DNA of 64,000 bases from the human T2T-CHM13v2.0 reference genome, Homo sapiens: assembly GCF_009914755.1 (NCBI RefSeq), contig NC_060929.1; one strand, given 5' to 3'. The translations under genes were made by a program, and so were the position numbers. Numbering within the stretch: the first letter of the stretch is position 1; the number at the start of each line of letters is the position of its first letter. Below the pieces are notes generated by a model that was not told where the DNA came from, did no database searches, and was given only the letters and a program-made list of their open reading frames with translations. Positions 57,749-64,000 of this stretch are shown piece after piece.

Positions 57749-60700
57749 AAGTTTTGTTTTTTTATAGATCAACAGCTATAACCTTTCTGAAGTCAGAGCC
57801 CTCTCCTGGCTCTGCAAGCCTGGTGGATAGCCAGGAACAAATTGGGTGACTGAAGACATCTCAAGAGAAGGCACAAATGGGGCCGGGGCTGTTTCCTTGC
57901 AGGGGCTGTGAGAAAGCAGCATCCGCAAGACAGAACTCTGTGGTCCATTAGCAATGTCTGCCAGGGGCAGGGGCTGAGGGCTAGTGAGATGGGCGCTACC
58001 TACTTGGCATCCCTGGTCTAGATCAATCCCTCCATTTTACAAATGAAGATAGGGAGGTGCTGGCCAAGAGGTGCAGTGACTTGCTTAGGGTTACACTCTC
58101 AGCTGTGGACTCTTTCTGCTTCCATGACAGTGTCTGAATTTCCTTGCAGGTTCCTTGTGCCCCTATGGGCCTCTTACATAAGAGACTTGCCCAGAGAGCT
58201 TTAATCTGGAGGGCTCTTAGAAGTGACTCAGGCCAGCAGTGAAACTGGCCTCCAAGAAGCCCCAGGATCCTGGAGAGGCCCCGTGGGTGGGCTTTTGGGC
58301 CATCCACCCCAGTTTCCATAGCGCAGTGCCACTTTTGGCTCTTCTGTGTATGCTACAGGGTATAACCCAGCAGCCTGCAGCCAAATCATCACCAGAACTG
58401 CCTCTATACAGGGCCCGGGCTCCTTCACTGGCCACAGCCCTATTCTGCCTGCTTCAGGCAGACAACAAAGGGTTCCAGGCCTTTAAAACATTTGAAAACC
58501 CTCTTCTAGACTATCCTTTGTTCTATAGTTAGGGACATGAGGCCAGAGGGGAAAGGGACTTGCCCAAGGCCCTGTAGCCAGCAGGGAGGAAAGCTGGAAC
58601 CAGAAGCCAGGGCTACCATCGGGAGGTGCTGAGAATGCGGGCCCTCTGCTCCAGACTGCTGTTTCTCATACCTACGAAACAGTAGAAGCCTGTGGAGATG
58701 AAGGGAGCAAATATGCTGTCTCTCATGCAGTGCACGGAGGGGCTAGGGCTTCCGCTCACAGGCTACACAGCTTCTGCAGCGGGTCATCAGGCTGTGATTG
58801 CTAAAGCCGTCCTGCTCTACAGCCAGAGCAAGCTTAAATGCCAAAGCACATGCAGCTCTGGGCTCGAGGAGTAGTGCTGGCTTCAAGATCCAGGTGAATT
58901 CATTTCCTGTAGAGAAGGGTTCAGGACTATGTCCGAGGGTCCCTAGGAATCCATAGACCCCAGTTTCAGAAGGCAGCTAGCTGTTAAGAAGGGGGTTGGA
59001 TTCCCTCCATCAAGCTCCCACACTGGCTGGGTTCCCAGGTGGCAGATCCTGGGAAGAGCTTGGGAGTTAGTGACTGGCTGGGTTGCAGATGGCTTGCTCT
59101 GGGAATATGCTGTCTTGGTCACACAGGCCCAAGGTGGATAAGTATGGTCCTCGTGGGTGCTGGGGAAGGGAAAGCAACAAGAGCAAGGGAGAGATGGAGA
59201 GCGAGGAGAGGGCAGGGTGGTCGGATGGAGCTCCACGGGCTTGACTAATGGGAAACCCGACTCTGCCACGCTTCGTGGAGACCCTGGGTTCCCTTTGGTT
59301 CTGATCTGTTGACTGTCCCCAGCTTTGTGTCCAACATCTGGCCTATATAGGTCAGCACCTCCAACCTCTTTTTGGAACTGCAGCACCCAAAGTTTGTTTG
59401 ATTTCCCAACACCCCAGGGCAGCATCACCACCAGAAGTGCTGAAGGGGGAGAGGAGGAAACCGAGGCACAGAGCCATGCTGCGCCTGAGGTCGAGAGGCT
59501 GGGAAGTGGGTGACGTGAGATCCAATCCCAGCCCTGCCAGCCTCCAAAGCCTCTTCACTTTCTTCTCCCAGCATCCCAAGGCCTTGGGTCTCCTGGCCCC
59601 AGGCCAGAGCTTTCCGGTCCCCACGTCAGCGCCAGGAATCACCAAGCTCAGGCTCTGCAGCAAGTGACACACTGGAGGTGGCAGGCTGCCAATATTTTTT
59701 TCCCCCAATTTTTTCAATTAAGTGAATGCTTGGATTAGGGCCAAAATACAAGTGCTTGTGGTGTCTTGCGTCAGATGAGACACTTAGGGCTGTGTTCCTA
59801 CTGCACTCTGTCCACAGGGCACGCAGTGAAGGCTCAGGTGGCTGGTTGAGCTGAGGGCTCCGCTTATCCCTGTGTGCAGAGGTGTGCCAAATGGGGAAAT
59901 GGCGGCAGGAGTAGGGGGAGAGGAGTAGCCTCCAAAGTGGGAATCTGATCTCTCTCCCCCTGCCTCAAACTCTTCAGCTCATTCATTCATTCATTTGGCA
60001 TATACACAGAGACCTACTGTGCACCAAGCTCTGCTCGAAGGGCCTCAATCGAGAAAGAAAACACACCACACAGGCACAACGTGGGGCTTAGGGGCCTGTG
60101 CAGTCTGCCCCTCCTCTGCTCCAGCCTGGCTGGCTTTCTCTTGCCTCCAGGACTCAATGCCTGCCACTGCCTCTGGCGGGAACATTTCCTCTCCCTGCCC
60201 TGCTCAGCTCCTCTTCATTTCTCCAGCATCAGCCTAGAAGTCACCTCTCCTTGGAAGCCTTCCTGGACACCCCAAGTCTCAGTCTAGCTCCCACTCTCTG
60301 AGTTCCCACAGGGCTAGGGCCACCCTCTCTCAGAACCTGTTCCTCTAGGGGTGCTGGTCTCTTTGCATTACTGCACCCCCACTGCCCTGGGGGCCCTTGG
60401 GGCAGGGCCGGGTTTGTCTATTCACCATGGTCCCCCCAGTGCCTGGCGACAATGAGCTCTCAGGAAATGCCTGGTAAAAGAGACAAAAAGCCGAAACAGG
60501 GCCACACAGTCAAAAACCAAGGTGACCTCACTCAAGGCTCTCTGTGTCCAGAGAGTAACAATGCTCGTGAAATAGCTGAATGAACAGCTCTATTGCCAAG
60601 GGTACCAGAAACAGAGCTGGCTTTGTCACAGAGGGAATGCAGGCATGGGACCCAACCCAAAAAGGGAAGTCCACGTTCCACCCCAGAGTTTCTCTGAAGA

Positions 60701-60980
60701 GGTAATGGCAAAAAACAGAATACCCAGGAGTGATTTAAACTCCAGGGGGAATGCCTCATCCCACTGTATGTCAGAGACAGTAAAGCTGAGGGAATTCTTT
60801 GAGGTGTTGGAACTGTTCTGTAGTGGAGGTTACAGGAACCTGCACATCATAACATGCTACACCAAAAAACAAAATTTTACTGCGTTACACCACAAAAGGG
60901 AATTTTACAGCATCCACGTAAAGTAAAAAATTAAAAATAACAATCATGCTTTAATGTCATTAAAAAAAAAAAAAAAAGAT

Positions 60981-61322
<342 letters not shown>

Positions 61323-61662
61323 TTAGAATACCTGACTATGAATCTTGCCTCTATAGCCTGATGCTGCTGTGACTTTGCAAATCACCTCACAGCTCTGAGT
61401 TTCCATTTCTTCACACCTGGAAAATGGAGAGAACAGTACCTACTTTATAGGGTTGGCTGAGGGCTAAAGGCGCTAATGCATGTCAGGTGCTTGGCACACC
61501 ATCTGGTCACAGACAGCTTCCAGGGCCATCACTAATAACCCATTATGGAGATTAGACACTGGAGGCCCCAACCGAGTAGCCATCTTCCTTGGGCCAACTC
61601 AAATCTTGCAAAGTGAGATATGTTAAGAGGAAAAGTCGGGAATGTCAAGCTGTAAAAACCAG

Positions 61663-61689
61663 GTATGTGTGTGTGTGCGCGCGCGCGCG

Positions 61690-61743
<54 letters not shown>
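61663..61743. repeat. Compound (TG)n(CG)n(CA)n microsatellite
   Basis: gtatgtgtgtgtgtgcgcgcgcgcgcgcacgcgcgcacacac...aca; about 80 nt of alternating purine-pyrimidine. Confidence 0.95.
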
Positions 61744-61744
<1 letters not shown>

Positions 61745-63043
61745 CTGCCCACCCTCTGGGCTCCCCTAACTCATGGAATCTTATCCAGCGGCATGGGCAG
61801 CAGGAACTATTTCCAGGGTTGGCCAGGCCAGGCATCTCCACTCTTGCCGACTGAGACACTGGGCTGGTGGAAACACTCGCTGCTCCAGGCGTGCAGCTCC
61901 AGCCCAGGCCTCTGGCTGCCAGCTCACGCACTGCTACTCACACACATCTGGCCCGAGGCGGCGTGGGGAACTTTCCAATGGCAAGCAGAGGTGCTGGCAG
62001 CTGGAGCCCAGGCTCAGCCGGAACCAACCTGAAGGCTGGCTTTCTAGGAAAGTCTCCAGGGCAAGCACTTAGGGCTTGTTGAGATCTCCAAGGCTGCCAG
62101 GCCTCAGAGGCGCCTGGGCAATGAAGGAAACAGACCTGGGTGAAAGATTTCAAGTGAGGGCCTCTCTCGTGTTGACAGAGCTGTCCAGAGTGAATGGAGC
62201 CGCCAACAAGAGCACCCACTACGCGCAAGGCAGTAGCAACAAAGCTGTCTTCAAGGAGCACGCGGTCGAGATGGCAAAGTAGCAATCCTGCACGTCCTCC
62301 TACACAATCACCCGCCTGGGTTTCTGCCACCCCACCCTGCATCCCCCAGGTCTGACCTCCTGCCTCCAGCAGCCATTTTGGCCCTGCCTCGATGGGGCTG
62401 TGGGCAAGGGTGAGACCTGGGGATGCTGTGCCTGGATCAGGAGTCTAGGTGTCGGGACTTGCATTTAACGAGCGGGCAGGAGAGCTCAGGAAGAACATCC
62501 CCAAAGTGCAGAAGGAGAATTGACACATGTCATCCTCTCACCTTTCAGCCCCACAACCAAAGCCAAAAATGTCAGAGCAGAAAACTGCAGAAGTCAAGAC
62601 AGTTCAAACCCGAGCTCCCACTTAGGGCTGGAAACTGGGGCTCTGACTGGCTGCATCATGGGGAATCTCAGTAGGGAGCCACCAGGTCCCGGGCCGAGGC
62701 GTCCTAGAGAATGTCCAGGGCTCTTCCAGCTGCGAGGCAAGGCCATGCCACACGCAAAAGGAAACCAAGTCTCAAGACAGCAATGGTGGAAGCGACAGAC
62801 TCTGAACTGGACAGACCTGGGTTCAATCCCAACTACAAGACTTAAGTGGGGGTCCTAGAGAAGCTAGTTAGGAGGCTCAGTTTTCCCATCTGTAAAAGGG
62901 GGGTGCTAAGAACCTGTCTCTTGGGGGCTGCTGTGAAGTATAAATGGGATTGTGCCTGTAACACCCCTGGTACAGTGGTGGCTTATAACCCCCTTCCATG
63001 TAAGCAAGAGTGAGCTCCACAGGCCCAAATCAATCCTAAAACA

Positions 63044-63113
63044 TTACGATGAACCAAGTGAAATTGCCATTTTTATAGGTTAAATATTGACAATTTCATA
63101 TGGTTCAACCTAA
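63044..63113. mobile_element. MADE2 mariner-derived palindromic MITE
   Basis: Diverged inverted repeats ttacgatgaaccaagtgaaattgcc ... gacaatttcatatggttcaacctaa around a short spacer. Confidence 0.8.
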
Positions 63114-64000
63114 CAGCATCCCAGGGGCTAGAGGATCTCATTTGTGTCCACTAAACTAGACTAAGAGTTAGTACTCTTCACTTCAGTATCAGGCACAGCA
63201 ATGACCCTCCTTCCCCCTCATTTAGAGACGAAGAAGATACCGAGGTTCTGAGAGGTTAAGTAACGTGGCCCAAATCATATAACTGGAAAGTGACAAAGCC
63301 AGGGTTTGTACTCGGGCCTGGCTGCCTCCAAAGCCTGCAGCTTAAACACGATGACACACTGACTGCTCGGCCTGGGGCCAGCAGGGCGTTATCACATGTG
63401 ATTGTGTCTCAGCACCAAGGACGTCAGTGGCCGTTGCCTTAGAATCATGGGACCTTGGGACTGCGAGGGTACAAGCAGTTAATGGCTTTGTTCAAGAAAC
63501 ACACTTGGGCTGGGCATTTATTCTAGGCCAGGCCCTGAAGACAAAATGGGGGGTTCACACCCTAGACGATGATGAACTCAATGTGTACGTGTCATGATAG
63601 GATTGGTCCACTGGGGCCTCAACGTCAAAGCTGGGTACCCTGGTGAGGTAACGGAAGGGTTGCCGAGAAACAGGCCAACTAGGCTGGTCTAGGATACCTT
63701 CTTGACAATGCCCCAACCGAATCCAGCCTCATCCTCCCTTCCCGCTGAGCTTGGGGTCAGGACAAGGAGAAGAGAACTAGATAGGAATGTAAAGGGAGTA
63801 TGCTCTCAGACCCTGGGGACAGCCACCTTTTAGGGGTGTCATAGGGGAGGAGAAGGGATTCCTCCATGAAATCACATGTGGTTTCTGAAGGCCAGATTCT
63901 GTGGGTACCCTTGGCCACTCCTGGACCCCTCCCTTGTTGGGCTCCTAATCTGCCAGAGACTAATCCCTGCCCCTGTCCCTATGTGAGCCCTATGTGGACT

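Noticed and set aside
62199-62282. Short stretch with very high GC3 codon usage (AANKSTHYAQGSSNKAVFKEHAVEMAK*) after an acceptor-like cctctctcgtgttgacag
   Set aside because: gagcacccactacgcgcaaggca and ttcaaggagc resemble the decayed L2/MIR 3' end (gagcacctactatgtgccaggca); no partner exons or known protein match.

Overview
Primate (human-like) genomic DNA lying entirely inside the minus-strand gene SH3PXD2B (TKS4). Four short coding exons can be read directly with canonical AG/GT boundaries and matching phases: 44509-44429 (81 nt), 28368-28293 (76 nt), 16655-16579 (77 nt) and 4157-4066 (92 nt). They splice into [108 protein letters not shown], which is most of the PX domain (exons 2-5 from recall of the gene; exon 1 and the promoter lie beyond 64000, exon 6 onward before position 1). 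The intron between exons 3 and 4 carries a ~5.7 kb defective HERV-K11/HML-8 (MER11-LTR) provirus, antisense to the gene. It has a 5'-truncated 5' LTR, a Lys-tRNA PBS, no gag, little of pro and integrase, RT/RNase H remnants and a surprisingly complete env. The rest is ~36 Alus, old L1M, MaLR and MIR/L2 fragments, and DNA-transposon MITEs (MER85, MADE2, Tigger3a-like, MER82-like, MER5A, MER3). Almost all ORFs in the supplied track are Alu/L1 artefacts. I found no convincing new biological system. The best leads are: a recursive-splicing 5' splice site rebuilt at the exon 3/4 junction; a diverged duplicate of the exon 3 acceptor region 604 nt upstream; the structure and env coding potential of the provirus; an intact MER85 next to exon 3; and a perfect 23-bp template-switch hairpin. 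Repeat family names come from recall of consensus sequences, and repeat edges are approximate.
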